A DNA stretch of 64,000 bases from NCBI RefSeq assembly GCF_003018255.1, contig NZ_CP027440.1. One strand, written 5' to 3'. The DNA comes from Escherichia coli (GTDB taxonomy: Bacteria; Pseudomonadota; Gammaproteobacteria; Enterobacterales; Enterobacteriaceae). Shown here piece by piece: positions 33,170 to 42,667 of this stretch. Under the pieces are notes generated by a model. The model worked only from the letters and a program-made list of their open reading frames with translations. It was not told where the DNA came from and searched no databases. A program made the translations under genes and the position numbers. How positions within the stretch are numbered: position 1 is the first letter of the stretch; the number at the start of each line of letters is the position of its first letter.

Positions 33170-34372
33170 ATGGACCGCGTCCTTCATTTTGTACTGGCAC
33201 TTGCCGTTGTTGCGATTCTCGCACTGCTGGTAAGCAGCGACCGCAAAAAAATTCGTATCCGTTATGTTATTCAACTGCTTGTTATCGAAGTGTTACTGGC
33301 GTGGTTCTTCCTGAACTCCGACGTTGGTTTGGGCTTCGTGAAAGGCTTCTCCGAAATGTTTGAGAAACTGCTCGGATTTGCCAACGAAGGGACTAACTTC
33401 GTCTTTGGTAGCATGAATGATCAAGGCCTGGCATTCTTCTTCCTGAAAGTGCTGTGCCCAATCGTCTTTATCTCTGCGCTGATCGGTATTCTCCAGCACA
33501 TTCGCGTGTTGCCGGTGATTATCCGCGCAATTGGTTTCCTGCTCTCCAAAGTCAACGGTATGGGCAAACTGGAATCCTTTAACGCCGTCAGCTCCCTGAT
33601 TCTGGGTCAGTCTGAAAACTTTATTGCCTATAAAGATATCCTTGGCAAAATCTCCCGTAACCGTATGTACACCATGGCAGCAACGGCGATGTCCACCGTG
33701 TCGATGTCCATCGTTGGTGCATACATGACCATGCTGGAACCGAAATACGTCGTTGCAGCGCTGGTACTGAACATGTTCAGCACCTTTATCGTGCTGTCGC
33801 TGATCAACCCTTACCGTGTTGATGCCAGTGAAGAAAACATTCAGATGTCCAACCTGCACGAAGGTCAGAGCTTCTTCGAAATGCTGGGTGAATACATTCT
33901 GGCAGGTTTCAAAGTTGCCATTATCGTTGCCGCAATGCTGATCGGCTTTATCGCCCTGATCGCCGCGCTGAACGCACTGTTTGCTACCGTGACTGGCTGG
34001 TTTGGCTACAGCATCTCCTTCCAGGGCATCCTGGGCTACATCTTCTATCCGATTGCATGGGTGATGGGTGTTCCTTCCAGTGAAGCACTGCAAGTGGGCA
34101 GTATCATGGCGACCAAACTGGTTTCCAACGAGTTCGTTGCGATGATGGATCTGCAGAAAATTGCTTCCACGCTCTCTCCGCGTGCTGATGGCATCATCTC
34201 TGTGTTCCTGGTTTCCTTCGCTAACTTCTCATCAATCGGGATTATCGCAGGTGCAGTTAAAGGCCTGAATGAAGAGCAAGGTAACGTGGTTTCTCGCTTC
34301 GGTCTGAAACTGGTTTACGGCTCTACCCTGGTGAGTGTGCTGTCTGCGTCAATCGCAGCACTGGTGCTGTAA
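33170..34372 (+). CDS. nupC: Concentrative nucleoside:H+ symporter
   Basis: Start chosen at [20 protein letters not shown] (400 aa), with GGAG 8 nt upstream, rather than ATG at 33131. Confidence 0.93.
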   Translation: MDRVLHFVLALAVVAILALLVSSDRKKIRIRYVIQLLVIEVLLAWFFLNSDVGLGFVKGFSEMFEKLLGFANEGTNFVFGSMNDQGLAFFFLKVLCPIVFISALIGILQHIRVLPVIIRAIGFLLSKVNGMGKLESFNAVSSLILGQSENFIAYKDILGKISRNRMYTMAATAMSTVSMSIVGAYMTMLEPKYVVAALVLNMFSTFIVLSLINPYRVDASEENIQMSNLHEGQSFFEMLGEYILAGFKVAIIVAAMLIGFIALIAALNALFATVTGWFGYSISFQGILGYIFYPIAWVMGVPSSEALQVGSIMATKLVSNEFVAMMDLQKIASTLSPRADGIISVFLVSFANFSSIGIIAGAVKGLNEEQGNVVSRFGLKLVYGSTLVSVLSASIAALVL

Positions 34373-34382
34373 GACCATACAT

Positions 34383-34413
34383 AAAAAAGCCGGGGATAAT
34401 TCCCCGGTTTTTT
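34383..34413. terminator. Bidirectional intrinsic terminator between nupC and pdeA
   Basis: AAAAAA-GCCGGGGATAATTCCCCGGC-TTTTTT; A-tract and T-tract flank the hairpin. Confidence 0.8.
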
Positions 34414-34420
34414 ACGCCTG

Positions 34421-36610
34421 TTAATCAGCTAATGGCTGCGGGCGACCAATCAAATACCCTTGCAGATATTGCACCCCGAGCTTATGCAATAGCGCCTGCT
34501 GCTGTTGCGTCTCGACAAACTCCGCGACCACACTCAATGACTTCGCTTTCGCCAGATCGGTAATTGATCTCACAATCATCGCATCCAGCGTGTTCGTGAC
34601 GATATCTTTCACAAAGACGCCATCAATTTTGATGATATCAGCCTGCAAACGCTTTAACCGTTCGTAGTTGGCATATCCGGTGCCAAAGTCATCAATCGCA
34701 ATCCGGAAACCAAACTTATGCAGCTGCTCGATGTTGTACATGCTGCTTTCTGCGTTAGAAAACGCCTGCTCCTCGGTGATCTCAAGAATGACTGCCTGCG
34801 GGGAGATGTGATAACGCTTAAACAGACGAATAATCCGCCCGGCAATATTCTTTTGCAGCAGCGTGAGCGGCATTAAATTGACTGAAAAGCGCGGGCCTTT
34901 TTTGTCGCAAGGATGTGTTGCCAGCCACTTCAACAGGGATTCCAGCACTTGCAAATCAAAACGCGCGCTAAGGTTAAACTGAGCAATAAGGGGCAGAAAC
35001 TTATCCGGGGTCATAATGCCGCCGTCATATTTCAGTCGCGCGAGGATCTCATCATAACCTTCACCCTCTTTGTTGCGAATTGGCTGGGCGTAGAGCAGCA
35101 AATCACCCTGATCTAACGCCGTACGAATGGTATTCAGCAATAGCACCTGTTTAGTGGTCTGCCCGGAAACCATCTCCTCTCTGCTATCCAGCGCCAGCAC
35201 ATGGTGATGTGCGCAGGATTGCTCCGCCAGCCAGCTTAACTGCCCCAACAAGGGTTGCAGGGTTTCCTGATTTCCATCAAAACGCCCCCAGGCAGCACCA
35301 TAGCCCATATCCAGCCCGGTATTGTTCCAGTGAATTTGCCGACTATTCAGGATGTTAACCATATGCTGGAGTCGCCCTTCCGTTTCCGGTCCACTCAGCA
35401 CTAACAGCAGTTCACTACCCGGCAATTGATACAACTTTTCGTTTTCCTGCATCAACGGCAGCAGCGTACGGTAAATTGATCGGATACAGTGAACGCGCAT
35501 CATTAAGCCGTAATGACGACTCATAAACTCAAGATTATCAATGCGCAGGCAGCAAAAACTCTTGCCCGCCTCTTGCTCCGGCGCTTGTTCTAACGCACGA
35601 AAGTTGGGTAGGAGCGTTAACGGATCGGTCAGCGCCTGCAAATGCCAGCGGCGATTAAGCCATTCACTGCGATGATAAATGCGCACCATATAGAGCAGGC
35701 AAACGCTAAAGGAAATCAGCACCGCGAGAATAAATGCCAGCGAATATTCGGTTAGTACCCCTTGCAAAAAGTTCTGGTTGTAATTCAGCAGGCAAAGCGT
35801 TGAAACAGCCCAGGTGAGATTTAAAAACGGATAGCGAAGCTTACCGACACCGAGGGTAAAGATGATAAAGAAAACAGGTACCAGATAACCAGCAATAAAG
35901 TCATTTTCATACGGTGTGCACATCAGAAGTAGCAGCACGCTAAGAGCTGCCAGCCAGCTTAAGGTAAATGCGCGTTTCTCTTTGCTCAACGACGGAGCGA
36001 TATCCCTACGCCACAATATCTGTGCAAAGTGGGGACTTACAATCATGCGGGCGAGATAGTAAAAAAGCATGTTGTAAATCAGCACTGCGGTGAAAAGGCT
36101 TAGCAAATCAACGACCGTGAAAATGGCATCCGCATCGCCGAAAAAGGTAGATATCTTTAGCGGAAAATCAAAGAAATTTCCCACAAGATACATGCTGCAT
36201 TTGATGCCAATCGGCGCCACCAAACCAAGCCAGAAAAGACGTTGCCAGACATATCGGCTGGTCAATCCATAACGCCAACGCGTCCCCAGCTGCCAGCGTA
36301 ATATTGCGCAGGCACACAACACCACAAACGTCTGGCTGCCGAGCATGACCGCGGTCTGTAAAAAAGAGAGATGAAAGTTCCACAGATTGGTGCAAAACAT
36401 CCCGCATAAAACGGGGACGACACCGCGCCAGCCAAAGATAAACAAGATTGACAGCATTACGCACAGTGGCATCCACGCCAGAAAGATATAACTGGAGTGG
36501 ATAATGGCAAGTGGCGAAATAAAACGGGATAGCTGAATAAGTACCACGGTGAGCGTAAACGCTAGTGTGAATATCTTGATATTTTTTATCAGGTTATGCT
36601 CCACAAACAT
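34421..36610 (-). CDS. pdeA: c-di-GMP phosphodiesterase (membrane sensor domain, degenerate GGDEF, EAL)
   Basis: Large N-terminal multi-TM region, C-terminal EAL-domain motifs (DDFGTGYANYERL); start chosen at MFVEHNLIKN (729 aa) rather than upstream ATG at 36670. Confidence 0.88.
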   Translation of the reverse strand: MFVEHNLIKNIKIFTLAFTLTVVLIQLSRFISPLAIIHSSYIFLAWMPLCVMLSILFIFGWRGVVPVLCGMFCTNLWNFHLSFLQTAVMLGSQTFVVLCACAILRWQLGTRWRYGLTSRYVWQRLFWLGLVAPIGIKCSMYLVGNFFDFPLKISTFFGDADAIFTVVDLLSLFTAVLIYNMLFYYLARMIVSPHFAQILWRRDIAPSLSKEKRAFTLSWLAALSVLLLLMCTPYENDFIAGYLVPVFFIIFTLGVGKLRYPFLNLTWAVSTLCLLNYNQNFLQGVLTEYSLAFILAVLISFSVCLLYMVRIYHRSEWLNRRWHLQALTDPLTLLPNFRALEQAPEQEAGKSFCCLRIDNLEFMSRHYGLMMRVHCIRSIYRTLLPLMQENEKLYQLPGSELLLVLSGPETEGRLQHMVNILNSRQIHWNNTGLDMGYGAAWGRFDGNQETLQPLLGQLSWLAEQSCAHHHVLALDSREEMVSGQTTKQVLLLNTIRTALDQGDLLLYAQPIRNKEGEGYDEILARLKYDGGIMTPDKFLPLIAQFNLSARFDLQVLESLLKWLATHPCDKKGPRFSVNLMPLTLLQKNIAGRIIRLFKRYHISPQAVILEITEEQAFSNAESSMYNIEQLHKFGFRIAIDDFGTGYANYERLKRLQADIIKIDGVFVKDIVTNTLDAMIVRSITDLAKAKSLSVVAEFVETQQQQALLHKLGVQYLQGYLIGRPQPLAD

Positions 36611-36780
36611 GAGTACACTACTCTCACTGATCGGGGTTTTCAGGCACACAAATAATAAGTTTATTCGCATCGCGAAGCAAACAGGGGCCAGCCTGTTGCC
36701 GATTTTTCATCCAATGATGCTTTCACCAGGCGGCGCTAACCCGGACGTAGACTGTATTACAAAAGCGGCAAAAAGCAGAG

Positions 36781-36810
36781 ACAAAAAACCCCCGCTTTAC
36801 AGCGAGGGTT
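36781..36810 (-). terminator. Intrinsic terminator of the alaW-alaX tRNA operon
   Basis: On the minus strand CCCTCGCT-GTAA-AGCGGGGG followed by TTTTTT. Confidence 0.75.
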
Positions 36811-36817
36811 TGAAATT

Positions 36818-36893
<76 letters not shown>

Positions 36894-36932
36894 ACGATGC
36901 GTTTACGTACCAAATTTGCTGGGTGCAAAATT

Positions 36933-37008
<76 letters not shown>

Positions 37009-37030
37009 ATCACGTAAAGCTTGTCGAGTT

Positions 37031-37059
37031 GACGGGCGGCATCATATGAATTCCGCCCG
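37031..37059 (-). promoter_or_regulatory. Candidate sigma70 promoter of alaW-alaX
   Basis: Minus strand reads TTGACA-17 bp-TATGAT followed by GC-rich discriminator GCCGCCC, about 25 nt upstream of the mature tRNA 5' end. Confidence 0.6.
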
Positions 37060-37243
37060 AATGTGTCAACGGCAAATTGCCACGTGTAGTTTCAATCGCT
37101 GAAAAATCAGGCAAATGAACAATTTTGGAAAACCGCTCGCATTCAGTAGTTATTCATGTCACGGTTTCCTGTAAAGTGGTGTTATAAAATGAACTACTAA
37201 TAGACCCACATACATTCAGGGAATTGTTATGTTCAAGGAGAGG

Positions 37244-37588
37244 ATGACGCCAGATGAACTTGCCAGACTGACCGGCTATAGCCGCCAGACCATTAATAAA
37301 TGGGTACGCAAGGAAGGCTGGACAACGTCACCAAAACCAGGCGTCCAGGGTGGCAAAGCTCGACTGGTTCACGTCAATGAACAGGTTCGTGAATATATTC
37401 GCAATGCTGAACGTCCAGAAGGTCAGGGAGAAGCGCCAGCCCTTTCTGGTGATGCGCCGCTTGAAGTGTTGCTGGTGACACTGGCGAAAGAGATGACGCC
37501 AGTTGAACAAAAACAGTTTACATCCTTGCTTCTGCGGGAAGGGATTATCGGATTGTTACAACGCTTAGGGATTCGCGATAGCAAATAA
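37244..37588 (+). CDS. yfeC: Small putative HTH DNA-binding protein (YfeC/YfeD family)
   Basis: Start chosen at MTPDELARLTGYSRQTINKWVRKEGW; an in-frame ATG at 37229 is an alternative; paralogous to the adjacent yfeD. Confidence 0.8.
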   Translation: MTPDELARLTGYSRQTINKWVRKEGWTTSPKPGVQGGKARLVHVNEQVREYIRNAERPEGQGEAPALSGDAPLEVLLVTLAKEMTPVEQKQFTSLLLREGIIGLLQRLGIRDSK

Positions 37589-37589
37589 T

Positions 37590-37982
37590 ATGAAAAGATT
37601 ACGCAATAAAATGACCACCGAAGAACTGGCTGAATGCCTCGGTGTGGCTAAACAAACTGTTAACCGTTGGATCAGAGAAAAAGGCTGGAAAACGGAAAAA
37701 TTTCCCGGCGTGAAAGGCGGTCGTGCCAGACTTATTCTGGTCGATACGCAAGTTTGCGAGTTTATTCAGAACACGCCAGCCTTCCATAACACACCGATGC
37801 TTCTGGAAGCCGAAGAACCCCTTGCCGAATACGCACCGGGTATTCGCACTCCTGCTTATCGGCAAATCATCAGCGCAATAGACAACATGACTCACAGTGA
37901 GCAGGAAAAAGTTGCGCAATTTTTGTCACGCGAAGGAATTCGTAATTTCCTTGCTCGTCTCGACATAGATGAATCAGAATAA
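37590..37982 (+). CDS. yfeD: Small putative HTH DNA-binding protein (YfeC/YfeD family)
   Basis: 130-aa ORF starting 2 bp after yfeC stop; N-terminus MTTEELAECLGVAKQTVNRWIREKGW parallels yfeC. Confidence 0.85.
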   Translation: MKRLRNKMTTEELAECLGVAKQTVNRWIREKGWKTEKFPGVKGGRARLILVDTQVCEFIQNTPAFHNTPMLLEAEEPLAEYAPGIRTPAYRQIISAIDNMTHSEQEKVAQFLSREGIRNFLARLDIDESE

Positions 37983-37983
37983 A

Positions 37984-38024
37984 TAAAAAACGGCAGGGGT
38001 ATCTCTCCTGCCGTTTATCTTTTA
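37984..38024. terminator. Bidirectional intrinsic terminator between yfeD and gltX
   Basis: AAAAAA-CGGCAGG-GGTATCTCT-CCTGCCG-TTTATCTTTT. Confidence 0.75.
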
Positions 38025-38032
38025 TGCGCTAA

Positions 38033-39448
38033 TTATTGCTGATTTTCGCGTTCAGCAATAAAAGCCAGCGCTTTGTTGATACGCTCGATACTGCGGGTCT
38101 TACCGATTGCGTGAACGGTAACATCCAGCGCCGGAGACTGCCCCGCACCGGTTACGGCGACACGCAGCGGCATACCAACTTTACCCATACCCACTTCCAG
38201 CTCATCCGCCGTCGCCTGAATAGCGTGATGAACGTTTTCAGCGGTCCAGTCAGTAATCGCAGTCAGTTTGTCACGAACCACTTCCAGCGGCTGACGCGCT
38301 ACCGGACGCAGATGTTTTTTCGCGGCGTCGGCATCGAACTCAGCAAAATCTTCGTAGAAATAACGGCAGCTCTGTGCCATCTCTTTCAGCGTCTTGCAGC
38401 GTTCGCCCAGCAGTTTCACCAGATCAGCCAGCTGCGGGCCGTTACGGGTATCGATATTTTCCTGCTCAATGTGCCATTGTAAGTGAGTAGCAACATACTC
38501 CGGCGGCAGCGCGTTAATGTAGTGATGGTTCAGCCACAGCAGCTTGTCGGTGTTGAACGCACTGGCAGATTTGCTGACGGCATTCAGAGTGAAGTATTTG
38601 ATCATCTCTTCACGAGTGAAGATTTCCTGATCGCCGTGGGACCAGCCCAGACGCACCAGATAGTTCAGCAGTGCTTCTGGCAAATAACCGTCATCACGAT
38701 ACTGCATTACGCTGACCGCCCCGTGACGTTTGGACAGTTTTTTACCGTCATCGCCGTTGATCATAGAAACGTGCGCGTAAACCGGTACCGGCGCTTTCAG
38801 GGCTTTAAGAATGTTGATCTGGCGCGGCGTGTTGTTGATATGGTCTTCGCCACGGATAACATGGGTGATTTCCATATCCCAGTCATCAACAACCACACAG
38901 AAGTTATAGGTTGGGGAACCATCGGTACGGCGAATGATCAGATCATCCAGCTCCTGGTTGCTGAACTCAATCGGGCCACGGATCTGATCGTCAAAAACAA
39001 CAGAACCTTCCTGCGGGTTAGCAAAACGTACAACGCACGGTTCATCATCAGCATGATGCTCATGGCTGTGGCGGCAGCGACCGTCATAACGCGGCTTCTC
39101 ACCTTTCGCCATTTGCTCTTCGCGCAGCGCTTCCAGGCGCTCTTTAGAACAATAGCATTTATAAGCTGTGCCCTCTTCCAGCATCTGATCGATCACCGCG
39201 TTGTAGCGATCAAAACGTTTGGTCTGGTAGTACGGACCTTCATCCCACTCCAGGCTCAGCCAGTTCATGCCATCCATAATGGCTTCGATAGCTTCCGGCG
39301 TGGAACGCTCAAGATCGGTGTCTTCAATACGCAGCACGAACTCACCGCCGTGGTTACGTGCAAAAAGCCAGGAGTAAAGAGCAGTACGCGCGCCGCCAAC
39401 GTGCAGATAGCCTGTTGGGCTTGGCGCGAAGCGAGTTTTGATTTTCAT
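38033..39448 (-). CDS. gltX: Glutamyl-tRNA synthetase
   Basis: 471-aa ORF with class I HIGH motif ([12 protein letters not shown]) and KMSKS-type motif (KLSKR). Confidence 0.96.
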
Positions 39449-39661
39449 GAAATGGCCTTACGTTTAGAAAGATGCCGACAACCGGCAAATCCTGGAAAAA
39501 TTGAGTGGGCGATATTCTATCACTCCCGCCTGATTCCTCAATGTAGTTCGGGTTGCAACCTTACGCATTATTGTTTTCGTTGACAAATTGCGCAACACGG
39601 TCTGTTTTGCGATCATCTTGCTTAAATTTACGACGAACGAACAATTTCTTTAGAAAATGCG

Positions 39662-39689
39662 TTGACTCATTTTGAACTCTCCCTATAAT
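39662..39689 (+). promoter_or_regulatory. Near-consensus sigma70 promoter of the valU-valX-valY-lysV tRNA operon
   Basis: TTGACT (39662-39667), 16-bp spacer, TATAAT (39684-39689); A/T-rich UP-like region upstream; tRNA begins at 39707. Confidence 0.75.
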
Positions 39690-39706
39690 GCGACTCCACA
39701 CAGCGG

Positions 39707-39782
39707 GGGTGATTAGCTCAGCTGGGAGAGCACCTCCCTTACAAGGAGGGGGTCGGCGGTTCGATCCCGTCATCACCCACCA
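39707..39782 (+). tRNA. valU: tRNA-Val (anticodon UAC)
   Basis: 76-nt match to GGGTGATTAGCTCAGCTGGGAGAGCACCTCCCTTACAAGGAGGGGGTCGGCGGTTCGATCCCGTCATCACCCACCA. Confidence 0.95.
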
Positions 39783-39826
39783 ACTACTTTATGTAGTCTC
39801 CGCCGTGTAGCAAGAAATTGAGAAGT

Positions 39827-39902
39827 GGGTGATTAGCTCAGCTGGGAGAGCACCTCCCTTACAAGGAGGGGGTCGGCGGTTCGATCCCGTCATCACCCAC
39901 CA
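39827..39902 (+). tRNA. valX: tRNA-Val (anticodon UAC)
   Basis: Identical second copy. Confidence 0.95.
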
Positions 39903-39948
39903 CTTTCTCGCCAGCTAGATTTCTTGTAACAATGTGAAGTACCGAAGT

Positions 39949-40024
39949 GGGTGATTAGCTCAGCTGGGAGAGCACCTCCCTTACAAGGAGGGGGTCGGCG
40001 GTTCGATCCCGTCATCACCCACCA
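39949..40024 (+). tRNA. valY: tRNA-Val (anticodon UAC)
   Basis: Identical third copy. Confidence 0.95.
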
Positions 40025-40028
40025 CTTC

Positions 40029-40104
40029 GGGTCGTTAGCTCAGTTGGTAGAGCAGTTGACTTTTAATCAATTGGTCGCAGGTTCGAATCCTGCACGACCC
40101 ACCA
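40029..40104 (+). tRNA. lysV: tRNA-Lys (anticodon UUU)
   Basis: 76-nt match to GGGTCGTTAGCTCAGTTGGTAGAGCAGTTGACTTTTAATCAATTGGTCGCAGGTTCGAATCCTGCACGACCCACCA, 4 nt after valY. Confidence 0.95.
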
Positions 40105-40108
40105 ATGT

Positions 40109-40135
40109 AAAAAAGCGCCCTAAAGGCGCTTTTTT
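40109..40135 (+). terminator. Intrinsic terminator of the val-lys tRNA operon
   Basis: AAAAGCGCC-CTAA-AGGCGC-TTTTTT immediately after lysV. Confidence 0.8.
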
Positions 40136-40214
40136 GCTATCTGCAATTTGCGAAATTGCCTGATGCGCTTCGCTTATCAGACCAACTATGTCCGGCAGTT
40201 CCCGTGCCTCTCAT

Positions 40215-41099
40215 CTACTGCGCCAACGCCGCCAGCAGTTTAACCAGCGCGGGCGTCACCTGCTGCGTTTCATAAACAATATATAAGTCTGCCGGGATGC
40301 GTTCTTTGAGCGGACGGAATATGACACCGGGCCAGTTCATCTGCGCGTAGCTGTCCGCTATCAATGTGATACCAATACCCATACTGACCATGGCGAGTAC
40401 CGTTTGCGGTTCATTAACTTCGCGAATAACAACCGGTGAAAATCCCACCTGCTGGCAAACTCGCTGCAAAAAATCCCAGTCAGTGTACACGGGCGGCATT
40501 GTAACGAAATACTCGTCACGTAGCGCTTCCAGCGGGACGGTGGAAAATGATGAGAGATGATGCTCTTCAGGCATCGCCACCAGAAACGCCGATTCATGCA
40601 ACCGTAAGCTGGTAAAACCAGTCGGTGGTTCTGTCGCCATTCGCCAGATCCCGGCATCAAGTTCGCGGCGTTCCAGCAAGGCCATTTGCATCGCAGGCAT
40701 CTTTTCGCGAAACAGAACTTCAACGTTAGGATTTTCTCTAAGGAATCGCCGCATAACCGGGCGCATCCGTCCCCACATTGCCGTTCCCACAACCCCGAGT
40801 TCAATCCGCCCTGCTTCTCCCCGACCTATTTGTTCAACCCGAGCCAATACATTATTTGCATTCACCAACAATCGACGCGATTCTTCCATCAAGATTTTGC
40901 CCGCGTGTGTCAGTACGACGCTGCGCGAATGGCGAATAAAAAGCTGCGTGCCGAGTTGATTTTCCAGCTCTTTAATATGAATGCTGAGCGGAGGCTGAGA
41001 CATATTTAAACGCGCTGCTGCGCGACCAAAATGCAACTCTTCCGCTACGGCAAGAAAATAACGGAGCAACTTAAGATCTGTTCTGTATACGCGTTCCAT
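40215..41099 (-). CDS. xapR: LysR-family transcriptional activator of xapAB
   Basis: N-terminal LysR HTH (LKLLRYFLAVAEELHFGRAAARLNMSQPPLS); start at MERVYRTDL (294 aa), with an in-frame ATG at 41114 as an alternative. Confidence 0.88.
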   Translation of the reverse strand: MERVYRTDLKLLRYFLAVAEELHFGRAAARLNMSQPPLSIHIKELENQLGTQLFIRHSRSVVLTHAGKILMEESRRLLVNANNVLARVEQIGRGEAGRIELGVVGTAMWGRMRPVMRRFLRENPNVEVLFREKMPAMQMALLERRELDAGIWRMATEPPTGFTSLRLHESAFLVAMPEEHHLSSFSTVPLEALRDEYFVTMPPVYTDWDFLQRVCQQVGFSPVVIREVNEPQTVLAMVSMGIGITLIADSYAQMNWPGVIFRPLKERIPADLYIVYETQQVTPALVKLLAALAQ

Positions 41100-41350
41100 A
41101 ATTAAGTGCTCCATATAATAAATACATCGTATTAAATTATCATGGCATAAAGTATTTCACCACCAGATATCCGACATACATAAACACAATGGATAATATA
41201 CCCGGCAATACATTTGGAACAGGAATAGGTAATCGCACGATTGTAAACAAAGCACCAATGCCAAAACCAACGCCAGAAGAAAATAAAATATCTTTCACTA
41301 ATTAACCTTTATCATAAAAGCAGCCCCAAGGAACAGAGCTGCGAATCCTT

Positions 41351-42607
41351 TTAATGTGTAACTGAACGATGCGTTATCTTTTCAGGGTCATGGTTATATT
41401 TAAACCCAAAGAAAAATATCACTGCGAGGAAAAGAGCATACCCTGCAAACATCAGCCAAATGGTATGCCAATCTTTTACGCCATCCACCGAGAAGTAATC
41501 CACTGCCATACCGCTCAGAATCGAGCCAACCCATGCGCCGACGCCATTTACCATCGTCATAAAAAGGCCCTGGGCGCTGGCACGAATGCTGGAATCAACT
41601 TCCTGTTCGACAAAGACCGAACCAGAAATATTGAAGAAATCGAATGCACAACCGTAAACAATCATCGACAGCAACAGCAAAATAAACCCGGTTGGTGATG
41701 GATCGCCATAGGCAAAGAAGCCAAAGCGCAGCGTCCACGCCACCATACTCATCAGCATGACGGTTTTAATACCGAAACGCTTCAAAAAGAACGGTATCGT
41801 CAGAATGAAACCGACTTCAGCCATCTGTGAAACTGACAGTAAAATGGACGGGTATTTCACCACGAAGCTATCAGCAAACTCAGGATTACGGGCGAAATCA
41901 TGCAGGAACGGGTTGCCAAAAACGTTGGTAATTTGCAGCACCGCACCCAGCATCATGGCGAAGAGGAAAAAGATAGCCATGCGTGGATTTTTAAACAGCA
42001 CGAAGGCATCCAGACCCAGCTTGCTGGCAAGCGATGTAGTCGCTTTTTTCTCCGCAACCGGAATCTTCGGCAAAGTCAGCGCATAAGCCGACAGCAGCAA
42101 TGACGCACCGGACGCGATATACAGCTGCAGACTACTCAATTCCAGATGCAGCAGGCTTACTGCCCACATGGCGACAATGAACCCCACCGTACCAAAAACG
42201 CGAATGGGCGGGAAAGCGGTCACCGGGTCAAGCCCTGCCTGGGCAAGACAGGAATAAGAGACGCTGTTCGATAACGCAATAGTCGGCATAAACGCCATCG
42301 CATTGACTAACATCACCCAAAACATCATATCCGGATCAGTTACGGATGCCGCATAAAAAAGTACGCCCGCACACACCAGGTGACACAGCATGTATGCACG
42401 TTCTGCACGCAGCCATTTGTCTGCGATGATCCCCATTATACCAGGCATAATAATCGCGGCGATCCCTTTGGAACTGTAAACCATGCCAACATTAGCGCCG
42501 GTGAAATGAAGGGTATTAATCATGTAAGAACCGAGGGTAACCAGCCAGCTCCCCCAGATAAAATATTGCAAAAAGGACATTACCTTTAAGCGCAAAGCGA
42601 TGCTCAT
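41351..42607 (-). CDS. xapB: Xanthosine/nucleoside:H+ symporter (MFS)
   Basis: 418-aa polytopic ORF upstream of xapA on the same strand. Confidence 0.92.
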   Translation of the reverse strand: MSIALRLKVMSFLQYFIWGSWLVTLGSYMINTLHFTGANVGMVYSSKGIAAIIMPGIMGIIADKWLRAERAYMLCHLVCAGVLFYAASVTDPDMMFWVMLVNAMAFMPTIALSNSVSYSCLAQAGLDPVTAFPPIRVFGTVGFIVAMWAVSLLHLELSSLQLYIASGASLLLSAYALTLPKIPVAEKKATTSLASKLGLDAFVLFKNPRMAIFFLFAMMLGAVLQITNVFGNPFLHDFARNPEFADSFVVKYPSILLSVSQMAEVGFILTIPFFLKRFGIKTVMLMSMVAWTLRFGFFAYGDPSPTGFILLLLSMIVYGCAFDFFNISGSVFVEQEVDSSIRASAQGLFMTMVNGVGAWVGSILSGMAVDYFSVDGVKDWHTIWLMFAGYALFLAVIFFFGFKYNHDPEKITHRSVTH

Positions 42608-42667
42608 AATCGTTTCCTTGTCGCATCATATGGCCTCACTCAGTAAGGCCGTTTATTGTTGTTTTAC

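Noticed and set aside
33293-34093. 266-aa ORF antisense to nupC
   Set aside because: His/Gln/Asp-rich with no recognisable domain; nupC on the sense strand encodes a coherent 400-aa transporter.
38036-39583. 148-aa and 366-aa ORFs antisense to gltX
   Set aside because: gltX has unambiguous synthetase motifs (HIGH, KLSKR); the antisense ORFs lack any signal and the longer one runs through the gltX promoter region.
40141-40200. REP-like fragment (GCCTGATGCGCTTCGCTTATCAGACC) after the lysV terminator
   Set aside because: Matches only part of the REP consensus and lacks the full palindrome; too degenerate to call.
41189-41305. 38-codon ORF (MDNIPGNTFGTGIGNRTIVNKAPMPKPTPEENKISFTN) in the xapR-xapB spacer
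   Set aside because: No Shine-Dalgarno sequence upstream and it lies in the region expected to hold the XapR-dependent xapA/xapB control elements; more likely chance than gene, though ribosome profiling could settle it.
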